Source: Thermoanaerobaculia bacterium
Lineage (GTDB): Bacteria > Acidobacteriota > Thermoanaerobaculia > Multivoradales > Multivoraceae
Reading direction: 5' to 3'
Length of the DNA stretch: 64,000 nucleotides
Assembly: GCA_965116145.1 (NCBI GenBank)
Contig: OZ220482.1
Span: 1,089,450-1,153,449, forward strand
Part shown: piece by piece, positions 48,942 through 57,415 of the stretch
Position numbering within the stretch: the first letter of the stretch is position 1
Layout: each line of letters starts with the position of its first letter
Program-made: the position numbers and the translations under genes
Notes under the pieces: generated by a model
Told to the model about the DNA's origin: nothing
Databases searched by the model: none
The model's input: only the letters and a program-made list of their open reading frames with translations

Positions 48942-49811
48942 TCATGCGTCGTCCGTCGCTCCGGCCGAGGCAGCGGCTTCGTCCACCACCGGTGTCTGCC
49001 CGGCCCGGCCGCCGCGCTGGCCGCGCAACGCGAGATCGACGCCGACCAGCCGCCGGTTGCCCTCGACCCGGCTGGAGCTGCCGCGGATCTCGCGCAGCAC
49101 CAGGTAGTCGGCAAAGGCGGCCTCGACGTTGGCGCTGTAGCCCATCGCGTCCTGGGCCTTGTTCACCGCGAGCTTGCCCAACCGCAGCACCTCCGGATCG
49201 TTCTCCGCGACCCGCTCGGCGTAGGCCATCGTCTCGCGTTCCAGCTCGTCCTCGCCGCAGACCCGGTTGACGAGACCCAGCTCGCGTGCTTCCTCGGCAT
49301 CGATGAAGCGGCTCTCGAACAGCAGCTCCTTCGCCTTGCGCGGATGGATGTCCCAGGGCACGGTGAACGTCTCGAACAGACTCGCCAGGAAACGGGCGCT
49401 CGGCGCGGCGAAGATCAGGTCCATCGACGCCGCGATCATCCAGCCGCCGAAGATGCAGTAGCCGTGGACCATCGCGATCGTCGGCTTGGGCAGGTTGCGC
49501 CACTTGACCGTATTGTCCAGGTTGTACCAGCGGAACGCTTCGTACCAGTCCAGACCGACCCACTCGGTGAGCCCGCGGGCCTCGATGTCCGCCTGCTGCT
49601 CCGGGGTGCCCAGGTCGTGGCCGGATGAAAAGTGCCTGCCGTCCCCCTTCAGCACGACGACCCGAACGTCGCTGTCGGCCATCGCCCGGTCGAGCTGCCG
49701 ATCAAGATCGTCGAGCAGCTTCCAGCTCTGCGCGTTGTGGTAGCGGGCGCGGTCCAGCGTCAGCACGGCGACCGGCCCGCGCCGCTCGTATCGAACCTCG
49801 TCTGTTGTCAT
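48942..49811 (-). CDS. enoyl-CoA hydratase/isomerase (crotonase) family protein
   Basis: An internal Met gives MTTDEVRYERRGPVAVLTLDRA... with SD support; the track ORF runs to 50024. Oxyanion-hole region FSSGHDLG and the GYCIFGGWMIAASMDLIFAA block. Confidence 0.85.
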   Translation of the reverse strand: MTTDEVRYERRGPVAVLTLDRARYHNAQSWKLLDDLDRQLDRAMADSDVRVVVLKGDGRHFSSGHDLGTPEQQADIEARGLTEWVGLDWYEAFRWYNLDNTVKWRNLPKPTIAMVHGYCIFGGWMIAASMDLIFAAPSARFLASLFETFTVPWDIHPRKAKELLFESRFIDAEEARELGLVNRVCGEDELERETMAYAERVAENDPEVLRLGKLAVNKAQDAMGYSANVEAAFADYLVLREIRGSSSRVEGNRRLVGVDLALRGQRGGRAGQTPVVDEAAASAGATDDA

Positions 49812-50067
49812 GGTCCTTGCCCTCGGCTCGGGATGTGTCCAGGAAGCCGACAAAGCGTAGCAATCCGCGGCGAACGGCGGCGCGCCTGTCTGCCTGCGAC
49901 GACACCGGCAAGCCCGAGCGGTCCCTGAACCGCCCTCGGTCAGGTCCCGCGGCAGCCGTGGCGACCACATGCGGGATGGAGGGGTAGCGCCGTCGGGCGG
50001 GCAAGGTGGACACGAACGCAGCACGACTCTTGTCTTGCCAGGACTGTTGTACTAACGTGCGCCGCCG

Positions 50068-50460
50068 ATGCGGCGCCGGAGCGACTCGCCCAGGAGCAAC
50101 TCACTGCTTTCCACCGTCAGCGCGCTTGGGCTGACGGTCGCCACGCTGTTCAGCGGAGCGTGGGAAGCGAGCGGGCACGGCCACGACCCGGCCACGGAGA
50201 ATGCGGGTCGGTGCACGGTCGAGTACGACGCCGAGATCGCCAGGTCCCCGAACCGCGCCGTCATCACCAGCGCCGCAGCGCCGCACGACCACTCGTGCCT
50301 CGCCTGCGAGCTCGGACGCTCGAAGACCACGGCCAACGGCGGAGCCGCCGGGCTCAGCCCCCGCGACCGTCTGCCGGCCGCGGAAGGCATCCCGAGCAAG
50401 GGACGCCCGCAGACCGGCGAGCGCTGGCAGCAGACCGCCCGCGGGCCGCCCCGGGTCTGA
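50068..50460 (+). CDS. small putative metal-binding protein, module copy 1 (N-terminal TM/signal; HGHDP, HDHSCLAC motifs)
   Basis: 130 aa, MRRRSDSPRSNSLLSTVSALGLTVATLFSGAWEASGHGHDPATENAGRCTV...HDHSCLACELGRS...RDRLPAAEGIPSKGRPQTGERWQQTARGPPRV. A paralog at 53643..54029 has a near-identical N-terminus and C-terminal tail. Confidence 0.55.
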   Translation: MRRRSDSPRSNSLLSTVSALGLTVATLFSGAWEASGHGHDPATENAGRCTVEYDAEIARSPNRAVITSAAAPHDHSCLACELGRSKTTANGGAAGLSPRDRLPAAEGIPSKGRPQTGERWQQTARGPPRV

Positions 50461-50738
50461 GTCCATAGCACCTCCGATCCCGACCCTGAGCGTCAGTCGC
50501 GCCGGAGTCGGTCGGAAGCCGCCGCGGACAACAGCGCCCCCTTCGTCGGGGGAACACCGACAGAGCCCGTCGCTGGCTCGTCGGCCCGTCGCTGCCAGTC
50601 TGGCTGACAGGCAGGAGTCGCAGGTCGCAAGACCGACGACTGGCTGTCTGTGCCTGGCTGCCAGTGCGGCCGCCAGCAGTCAGCAACCAGCAGCCAGCAC
50701 TTATCGATTCAGACCGAACTACCCAGGAGTTCTCCTAC

Positions 50739-53114
50739 ATGCTCTCCCTTCAGATCAGGCCTTCACATCTCTCGCCTCCGCTCCGCTACCGAGCGGCCGC
50801 GGGCGCCGTTCTCGCCGTCCTGGCTCTTCTTCTCGTTCCACCGGCAGCCAGCGCCCAGGAAACCGGATCCGTCGTCGGCAACCTCGAAACCGACGGCGAG
50901 AGGATCGTCCTCGCCGTGGCGCGGATTCCCGAGCTGGGCATCAGTACCGCGGTCTCAACGGACGGCGCGTTCCGCTTCGACGAGCTGCCGACCGGCGCCT
51001 GGCTAGTCGTCGTCGACGTTCCAGCCGTCGGCACGGCCCAGGGCACGGTGACGGTCACCGGCGGCGCCGAAGCGGCGATCGATCTGGAGATGCGCCATGG
51101 CATGCACTCGGACGAGATCGTCATCACCGCGACCGGCGACCTGCGCCGCGCCTCGGAGCTGGCGACTCCTGTCACCGTGCTGTCGGCCACGGACCTCCAG
51201 TTGCGCCAGGGCGCCACCTTGGGCGAGACGCTCGAAGGTGAACCCGGCGTGGCGTCAACCGCGTTCGTACCCGGCGTCGGGCGGCCCGTCATCCGCGGTC
51301 TGACCGGCGCCCGGGTGCGGGTGCTGGAAGGCGGTATCGACAGCGGCGACACCTCCGCCGCCAGCCCCGACCACGCGGTGACCTTCGAACCGGCGCACGC
51401 CACGAGAATCGAAGTGCTGCGCGGCCCCGCCACGCTCCGCTACGGCTCGGAGGCCATCGGCGGCGTGGTCAACGTGATCGACGGACGGATTCCCGAAGAA
51501 AGGCCGGTCCGGACAGTCCGCGGCACGATCGACCTGCGCGGCGGCTCGGCCGCTGACGAACAGATGGGTGCGGTCCAGCTCACCGGCGGCAGCGGCGACT
51601 GGGCCTGGCACCTCGGCGCCGTCAGCCGGGAGACCGATCCCTACGACATCCCCGGTTTCGCGCGTGTCGAGGAGGATCACGACGACCATGACGACCATGA
51701 CGATCACGACGACGAAGCGGAGAACTCGTTCGGAGTCGTTCCGAACACCGGGCTGACCAACGAGAGCGGACGGTTCGGCTTCACCCGGTTCTTCGGTGAC
51801 CGCGGTTTCATCGGCGCCTCGGTCAGCGGCTTCGACACGAACTACGGAATTCCTCCTGGCGCTCACACCCACGCGCACGAAGAAGATGGCCACGACGACC
51901 ACGACGACCACGAGGACCATGACGATCACGATGACCACGATGACGTCCCGATCCGCATCGACATGAAGCAGCGCCGCGCGGACCTTCGGGCCGAGGCCCT
52001 GCCAACCGGCGGCGTCTTCCAGCGGATCGCGGTTCAGATGGCGGGGACCGACTACGAGCACGTCGAGCTCGAGGGCACGAGAGCCGGCACGCTGTTCTTC
52101 AACGAGTTCTTCGAGACCCGGGTCGAGATGTTCCAGCGCGAGCGCGACCGCAACCGCGGCTCAGTCGGTCTCCAGTACACCGACCGCAACATCTCCGTGT
52201 TCGGCGAGGAGGCGGTCGTGCCCCCCACGCAGTCCCGGGGATGGGCGCTCTTCACCTCCCAGGAGATAGAGGCCGGCCCCGTCCGCTGGCAGTTCGGTGC
52301 GCGCCTGGAGACGCTCGATCACAACCCGACCGGCTCCGCCAGCGACAGGTCGCGCGACGGCGTGTCCGCTTCCGCCGGCCTGGTCTGGGACACCGACTCC
52401 GTCTGGACGCTCGGCGTGTCGGCAGCCCGCTCGGTCCGCATGCCGAGCGCAGAGGAGCTCTACTCCGACGGCGTGCACGCGGCCACCAGCTACTACGAGA
52501 TCGGCGATCCGAACCTGGGCAACGAGGTCGGGACCGGGGTCGACGTGTCGCTGCGAAGAACGGAAGGCCGCCTGACCGGCGTGCTGACCTTCTTCCGCCA
52601 GAACTTCAGCGACTTCATCTACCAGGCCTTCACCGGCGAAGAGAAGCATGGAGCCTCGGTGTTGCGCTCCAACCAGAGGGACGCGACGATGACCGGCGCC
52701 GAGCTCCGGACCCGGATCGAAGTCGTTGATGTCGGCGGGCATCACATGCACGTGGAGCTGCTGGGAGACACGGTCGACGCGGAGATCGACGCCGGCGGCA
52801 ACCTCCCCCGGACCCCGCCGATGGGCTTCGGCGCCGGACTGCACTACCACGGTCATGACTGGCGGGCCGCCGTCGAGGGACGCTGGATCGACAACCAGAA
52901 CGACGTCGCGGAACTCGAAACCCCGACGGAGGGCTATACGATCGTGAACGCCCACGTCGGCCGACGCGTGATCCTTGGCAACCGGATCCTCGACGTGCTC
53001 CTGCGCGGACGCAACCTGACCGACGAGGAAGCCCGCGTCCACACATCGTTCCTGAAGAACTTCGCTCCGCTGCCAGGACGTGACGTAACGCTCTCGGCCC
53101 GTTTCTGGTTCTGA
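50739..53114 (+). CDS. TonB-dependent receptor, module copy 1, with an N-terminal CarboxypepD_reg-like domain and two acidic His/Asp-rich inserts
   Basis: About 791 aa. Signal peptide, plug, barrel, and a C-terminal aromatic terminus SARFWF. Inserts EEDHDDHDDHDDHDDEAEN and HAHEEDGHDDHDDHEDHDDHDDHDDVPIR. Highly similar to 54280..56841. Confidence 0.9.
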   Translation: MLSLQIRPSHLSPPLRYRAAAGAVLAVLALLLVPPAASAQETGSVVGNLETDGERIVLAVARIPELGISTAVSTDGAFRFDELPTGAWLVVVDVPAVGTAQGTVTVTGGAEAAIDLEMRHGMHSDEIVITATGDLRRASELATPVTVLSATDLQLRQGATLGETLEGEPGVASTAFVPGVGRPVIRGLTGARVRVLEGGIDSGDTSAASPDHAVTFEPAHATRIEVLRGPATLRYGSEAIGGVVNVIDGRIPEERPVRTVRGTIDLRGGSAADEQMGAVQLTGGSGDWAWHLGAVSRETDPYDIPGFARVEEDHDDHDDHDDHDDEAENSFGVVPNTGLTNESGRFGFTRFFGDRGFIGASVSGFDTNYGIPPGAHTHAHEEDGHDDHDDHEDHDDHDDHDDVPIRIDMKQRRADLRAEALPTGGVFQRIAVQMAGTDYEHVELEGTRAGTLFFNEFFETRVEMFQRERDRNRGSVGLQYTDRNISVFGEEAVVPPTQSRGWALFTSQEIEAGPVRWQFGARLETLDHNPTGSASDRSRDGVSASAGLVWDTDSVWTLGVSAARSVRMPSAEELYSDGVHAATSYYEIGDPNLGNEVGTGVDVSLRRTEGRLTGVLTFFRQNFSDFIYQAFTGEEKHGASVLRSNQRDATMTGAELRTRIEVVDVGGHHMHVELLGDTVDAEIDAGGNLPRTPPMGFGAGLHYHGHDWRAAVEGRWIDNQNDVAELETPTEGYTIVNAHVGRRVILGNRILDVLLRGRNLTDEEARVHTSFLKNFAPLPGRDVTLSARFWF
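51669..51716 (+). repeat. coding 9-bp (HDD) repeat tract 1 in TBDR copy 1
   Basis: gat cac gac gac cat gac gac cat gac gat cac gac gac: tandem CAY-GAC-GAY units. Confidence 0.8.
51880..51946 (+). repeat. coding (HDD) repeat tract 2 in TBDR copy 1
   Basis: ggc cac gac gac cac gac gac cac gag gac cat gac gat cac gat gac cac gat gac. Confidence 0.8.
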
Positions 53115-53132
53115 AGCCAGCCAGCCTGAACG

Positions 53133-53196
53133 AACCCGTTGGGGGTTGGGGCCGAAGAGACCGGAGTCCGTCCGGCCGGCAACCCCCAAACGGGGC
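53133..53196 (+). terminator. long terminator-like hairpin after TBDR copy 1, with stems related to the tRNA-Glu 3' end
   Basis: cccgttgggggttg...ccggccggcaacccccaaacggg: 13-14 bp stems around a roughly 32-nt loop. The same kind of element follows TBDR copy 2. Confidence 0.5.
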
Positions 53197-53367
53197 CTGG
53201 CTCCAGACACACGCATGGAGCGAACCGCAACCGGATCCTGCCGCCGCGGTTCCGGCGGCGGCTGGCGGTCGAGGCGGCGGCGGACCCTGGGCTGGAAACG
53301 AAGGACGCGAACACCGACCACCCCGGCGCGGGCGCGGATCGACAATCTGCATGCCGCAGCACATCCA

Positions 53368-53552
53368 GCCCGTGGCAAGAGTCACGCTGCATTCGTTCAG
53401 CCATGCGTCCACACGGCTGCGTTGCTCTTCGGTCACCTGCGCCCCATGTGCGTACGTTCCCGTCGGTCTGGCGGCTGCCACCGTGGTCGCGCCTTGACGG
53501 ACGGGCGCCTGGACCGCTCTCGGTGCGACCCGCACTCTTCGCCGCGGGCTGC
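53368..53552 (-). repeat. MITE-like repeat, copy F (inverted orientation, between the two TBDR modules)
   Basis: GCCCGTGGCAAGAGTCACGCTGCATTCG...GCTGCGTTGCTCTTCGGTCACCTGCGCCCCATGTGCG...GGACGGGCGCCTGGACCGCTCTCGGTGCGACCCGCACTCTTCGCCGCGGGCTGC is the reverse complement of the element consensus. Confidence 0.75.
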
Positions 53553-53642
53553 CAGGCGAGGAGCAACGCAGCCGCGCGATGTTCCTCACGGGTTGCCAGG
53601 CCGCCAGTCACCGTGCAGAAACCTGTCTGCTACTGTCCGCCG

Positions 53643-54029
53643 ATGCGTCGCAGGACGGACTCACTGCTTGCCGCCGTCAACGCGCTTGCGCTGACGGTCG
53701 CCACCCTGTTCACCGGGGCGTGGGACGCGAGCGGGCACGGCCACGACCCGGACGCAGAGAACGCGGGCCGGTGCACGGTCGATCACGAAGGCGGGATCGA
53801 CGAGACCGCCGCGTCCACGAGCCGGGCCGCCATCACCGGGGCCGGAGCGTCGCACGACCACTCTTGCGTGGCCTGCCTGCTCGGCCGCTCCAGGACCACC
53901 GCAGCAGGCAAGGCCGTCGGGCCTGGCCCCCGGGACCGCCTGCCGGCCGCGCAAGGAACCCCGAGCAAGAGCAGCCCGCAGACCGGCGAGCGCTGGCAGC
54001 AGGCCGCCCGCGGGCCGCCCCGGGCCTGA
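53643..54029 (+). CDS. small putative metal-binding protein, module copy 2
   Basis: This is the last 129 codons of track ORF 53139..54029. MRRRTDSLLAAVNALALTVATLFTGAWDASGHGHDPDAENAGRCTVDHEG...HDHSCVACLLGRS...RDRLPAAQGTPSKSSPQTGERWQQAARGPPRA. Confidence 0.55.
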   Translation: MRRRTDSLLAAVNALALTVATLFTGAWDASGHGHDPDAENAGRCTVDHEGGIDETAASTSRAAITGAGASHDHSCVACLLGRSRTTAAGKAVGPGPRDRLPAAQGTPSKSSPQTGERWQQAARGPPRA

Positions 54030-54279
54030 GTCTGCAGGACCTCCGATCCCGGCCCTGAGCGCCAGTCGCACCGGAGCCGGTCGCAGGCCGCCGCGGACAA
54101 CAGCGCCCCTTTGTCGACGCAACACCGACAGAGCCCGTCGCTGCCAGCCTGGCTGACACGCACGAATCGCAGGTCACAAGACCGACGGTTCGTTTCTATG
54201 CGCCTGCTGTCGGCGCGGCTGCCAGCAGCCAGTACCTCCCGCCTTGACTCGGACAGAACTACCCAGGAATTACCTCACC

Positions 54280-56841
54280 ATGCTCTCTCTGCTCTCTCTT
54301 CAGACCATGCCTTCCCGTCCCTTGTCGCCGCTCCGCTGCCGAGCGGCCGCGGGCGCCGTTCTCGCCGCCCTGATCCTTCTCCTCGTGCCACCGGCGACCG
54401 TCGCCCAGGAAACCGGCTCCGTCGTCGGCAAGGTCGAAACTCACGGCGAGAGGATCGTCCTCGCCGTGGCGCGGATTCCCGAACTGGGCATCAGCACCGC
54501 GGTCTCCACGGACGGTGCATTCCGCTTCGACGAGCTGCCGGCCGGCGCCTGGCTCGTCGTCGTCGACATCCCGGCCTTCGGCACGGCCCAGGGCATGGTG
54601 ACGGTCACCGGCGGCGCCGAGGAGGCTATCGACCTGGAGATGCGCCATGGTGTGCACTCGGACGAGATCGTCGTCACCGCAACTGGCGACCTGCGCCGCG
54701 CCTCGGAGCTGGCCAACCCCGTCACCGTCCTGTCGGCCACGGATCTCCAGTTGCGACTGGGCGCCACCCTGGGCGAGACACTCGAAAGCGAACCCGGCGT
54801 GGCGTCGACCGCCTTCGTACCCGGCGCCGCGCGGCCGATCATCCGCGGTCTGACCGGCGCCCGGGTGCGGGTGCTGGAAGGCGGTCTCGACAGCGGCGAC
54901 ACCTCCGCCGCCAGCCCCGACCACGCGGTGACCTTCGAACCGGCGCAAGCCGAGCAGATCGAAGTACTGCGCGGCCCCGCCACGCTCCGCTACGGCTCGG
55001 AGGCCATCGGCGGCGTGGTCAACGTGATCGACGGACGGATTCCCACCGAGAGGCCGGTCCGGGCAGTCGGCGGCACGTTCGACCTGCGCGGCGGCTCGGC
55101 TGCCGACGAACGGATGGGGGCGGTCCAGCTCGACGGCGGCAGCGGCGACTGGGCCTGGCACCTCGGCGCCGTCAGCCGGGAGACCGATCCCTACGACATC
55201 CCCGGCTACGCACGTGTCGAGGAAGATCACGACGACCATGACGACGGCGATGACCATGACGACGGCGACGATCACGACGACGGCGATGACCATGACGATC
55301 ACGATGACCACGAGGATGAAGACCACGACGACGACCATGACCACGAAGCGGAGAACTCCTTCGGAATGGTCCCGAACACCGGATTGACCACCGAGAGCGG
55401 ACGGTTCGGCTTCACCCGGTTCTTCGGCGACCGCGGCTTCATCGGGGTCTCGGTCAGCGGCTTCGACACGGACTACGGACTACCTCCCGGCGCCCACAGT
55501 CACGCGCATGAGGAAGATGATCACGACGACCATGATGGTCACGACGACGGCGACGACCATGACGATCACGACGACGGCGACGATCACGACGACGGCGACG
55601 ATCACGACGATGGCGATGACCATGACGATCATGATGACCACGACGATCACGACGACCACGGAGACGAGGAACTCCCGATCCGCGTCGACATGAAGCAGCG
55701 TCGCGTGGACGTTCGGGCCGAGGCTCTGCCGACCGCCGGCGTCTTCCAGCGGATCAAGGTCCAGATGGCAGGGACCGACTACGAGCACGTCGAGCTCGAG
55801 GGCCCGAGCCCCGGCACGACGTTCTTCAACGAGTTCTTCGAGACCCGGGTCGAGATGTTCCAGCGGGAGCGCGGCCGCAACCGCGGCTCAGTCGGTCTCC
55901 AGTACACCGATCGCGACCTCTCCGCGTTCGGCGAGGAAGCACTCGTGCCTCCCGCGCAGTCCCGGGGATGGGCGGTGTTCACCTCCCAGGAGATCGAGGC
56001 CGGCCCTGTCCGCTGGCAGTTCGGCGCACGCCTGGAGACGCTCGATCACAACCCGACCGGATCCGCCGCCGACAGGTCGCACGACGGCGTATCCGCTTCC
56101 GCCGGCCTGGTCTGGGACGCCGACCCCGCCTGGACGCTCGGCGTGTCGGCAGCCCGCTCGGTCCGCCTGCCGAGCGCTGAAGAGCTCTACTCCGACGGCC
56201 TGCACGTGGCCACCCTGAGTTACGAGATCGGCGATCCGAACCTGAGCAACGAGGTCGGGACCGGGATCGACGTGTCGCTGCGAAGAACGGAAGGCCGCCT
56301 GACCGGCGAGCTGACCTTCTTCCGCCAGAACTTCAGCGACTTCATCTACCAGGCCTTTACCGGCGAAGAGGACCATGGAGCCTCGGTTCTGCGTTTCAGC
56401 CAGAAGGACGCGACGATGACCGGCGCCGAGCTGAGGGCCCGGATCGAGGTCCTGGATGTCGACGACCACCACCTGCACCTGGAGTTCCTCGGCGACACGG
56501 TCGATGCGGACCTTGACGCAGGCGGCAACCTCCCGCGGATCCCGCCGCTGAGCTTCGGCGCCGGAGTCCACTACCACGGTCATCACTGGCGGGCCGCCGT
56601 CGAGGGGCGCTGGATCGACGACCAGAACGACGTCGCGGAAGTCGAAACGCCGACGGAGGGCTACACGATGGTGAACGCCCATGTCGGCCGACGCGTCATC
56701 CTCGGCAACCAGATCCTCGACGTGCTCCTGCGCGGGCGCAACCTGACCGACGAGGAAGCCCGCGTCCACACGTCGTTCCTGAAGAACTTCGCCCCCCTGC
56801 CAGGACGCGACGTCACGCTCTCGGCCCGCTTCTGGTTCTAG
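54280..56841 (+). CDS. TonB-dependent receptor, module copy 2, with greatly expanded His/Asp/Gly tracts
   Basis: About 853 aa; collinear with copy 1. Its inserts are about 40 and 52 residues of (HDD)/(GDD) repeats, against about 13 and 18 in copy 1. Confidence 0.9.
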   Translation: MLSLLSLQTMPSRPLSPLRCRAAAGAVLAALILLLVPPATVAQETGSVVGKVETHGERIVLAVARIPELGISTAVSTDGAFRFDELPAGAWLVVVDIPAFGTAQGMVTVTGGAEEAIDLEMRHGVHSDEIVVTATGDLRRASELANPVTVLSATDLQLRLGATLGETLESEPGVASTAFVPGAARPIIRGLTGARVRVLEGGLDSGDTSAASPDHAVTFEPAQAEQIEVLRGPATLRYGSEAIGGVVNVIDGRIPTERPVRAVGGTFDLRGGSAADERMGAVQLDGGSGDWAWHLGAVSRETDPYDIPGYARVEEDHDDHDDGDDHDDGDDHDDGDDHDDHDDHEDEDHDDDHDHEAENSFGMVPNTGLTTESGRFGFTRFFGDRGFIGVSVSGFDTDYGLPPGAHSHAHEEDDHDDHDGHDDGDDHDDHDDGDDHDDGDDHDDGDDHDDHDDHDDHDDHGDEELPIRVDMKQRRVDVRAEALPTAGVFQRIKVQMAGTDYEHVELEGPSPGTTFFNEFFETRVEMFQRERGRNRGSVGLQYTDRDLSAFGEEALVPPAQSRGWAVFTSQEIEAGPVRWQFGARLETLDHNPTGSAADRSHDGVSASAGLVWDADPAWTLGVSAARSVRLPSAEELYSDGLHVATLSYEIGDPNLSNEVGTGIDVSLRRTEGRLTGELTFFRQNFSDFIYQAFTGEEDHGASVLRFSQKDATMTGAELRARIEVLDVDDHHLHLEFLGDTVDADLDAGGNLPRIPPLSFGAGVHYHGHHWRAAVEGRWIDDQNDVAEVETPTEGYTMVNAHVGRRVILGNQILDVLLRGRNLTDEEARVHTSFLKNFAPLPGRDVTLSARFWF
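55221..55347 (+). repeat. expanded coding (HDD/GDD) repeat tract 1 in TBDR copy 2
   Basis: gat cac gac gac cat gac gac ggc gat gac cat gac gac ggc gac gat cac ... Confidence 0.8.
55511..55671 (+). repeat. expanded coding (HDD/GDD) repeat tract 2 in TBDR copy 2
   Basis: About 52 codons of CAY-GAY-GAY / GGY-GAY-GAY units. Confidence 0.8.
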
Positions 56842-56861
56842 CCAGCCAGCCTGCTTGACCG

Positions 56862-56922
56862 AACCCGTTGGGGGCGCCGAACACACCGGGATCCGCGCCC
56901 GGCCGGCCAACCCCCAACGGAT
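56862..56922 (+). terminator. terminator-like hairpin after TBDR copy 2, containing a tRNA-Glu 3'-end-like sequence
   Basis: cccgttggggg...ccggccggccaacccccaacgg, followed by attcgttacgagcgcaagc, which resembles the tRNA segment ccccaacgggattcgaacccgtgttgcc. Confidence 0.5.
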
Positions 56923-56961
56923 TCGTTACGAGCGCAAGCACCGAGTGCGGAAGCGCGCACG

Positions 56962-57415
56962 CCGACCATCCCGTTGGGGACGACGATCGCGCCCCAAGGC
57001 GCTACACCGGCAGCACGTAACGGATTCGCGCCAAGCGCAACCGCCGAAGGCGGGGCGCGCACGCCGACCATCCCGTCGGGGACGACGATCGCGCCCCAGG
57101 AGGCTACACCGGCAGCACGTAACGGATTCGCGCCAAGCGCACACGCCGAAGGCGGGATGCGCCCGCCGACTATCCCGTTGGGGACGACGATCGCGCCCCA
57201 GGAGGCTACACCGGCAGCACGTAGCGGATTCGCGCCAAGCGCAACCGCCGAAGGCGGGGCGCGCGCACCGACCATCCCGTCGGGGACGACGATCGCGCCC
57301 CAGGAGGCTACACCGGCAGCACGTAACGGATTCGCGCCAAGCGCAACCGCCGAAGGCGGGGCGCGCACGCCGACTATCCCGTTGGGGGCGGCGATCGCGC
57401 CCCAGGGGGCGCGAT
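56962..57415 (+). repeat. tandem array of 102-bp units (4 full copies plus a partial one, over 90 % identical) abutting the 3' end of tRNA-Glu
   Basis: Unit starts at 56962, 57064, 57166, 57268 and 57370; exact period 102. Unit: ccgaccatcccgttggggacgacgatcgcgccccaggaggctacaccggcagcacgtaacggattcgcgccaagcgcaaccgccgaaggcggggcgcgcacg. The last partial unit merges into the tRNA. Each unit carries tRNA-Glu 3'-end-like segments in both orientations. Confidence 0.85.

Noticed and set aside
50461-50738. Riboswitch (cobalamin, Zn or other) in the conserved receptor leader
   Set aside because: No recognisable conserved riboswitch core, such as a B12 box or a glycine-riboswitch motif, could be found by eye. 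Conservation is explicable by the recent module duplication, so it is reported only as a low-interest finding.
53139-54029. 296-aa plus-strand ORF
   Set aside because: The first 168 codons run through the inverted MITE copy F and intergenic DNA. Only the last 129 codons (from 53643) match the paralogous small protein at 50068..50460.
56962-57415. Possible CRISPR array suggested by regular repeats
   Set aside because: The units are 102 bp, directly contiguous and nearly identical, with no unique spacers, and no cas genes are present. It is a tandem duplication derived from the tRNA-Glu 3' end.
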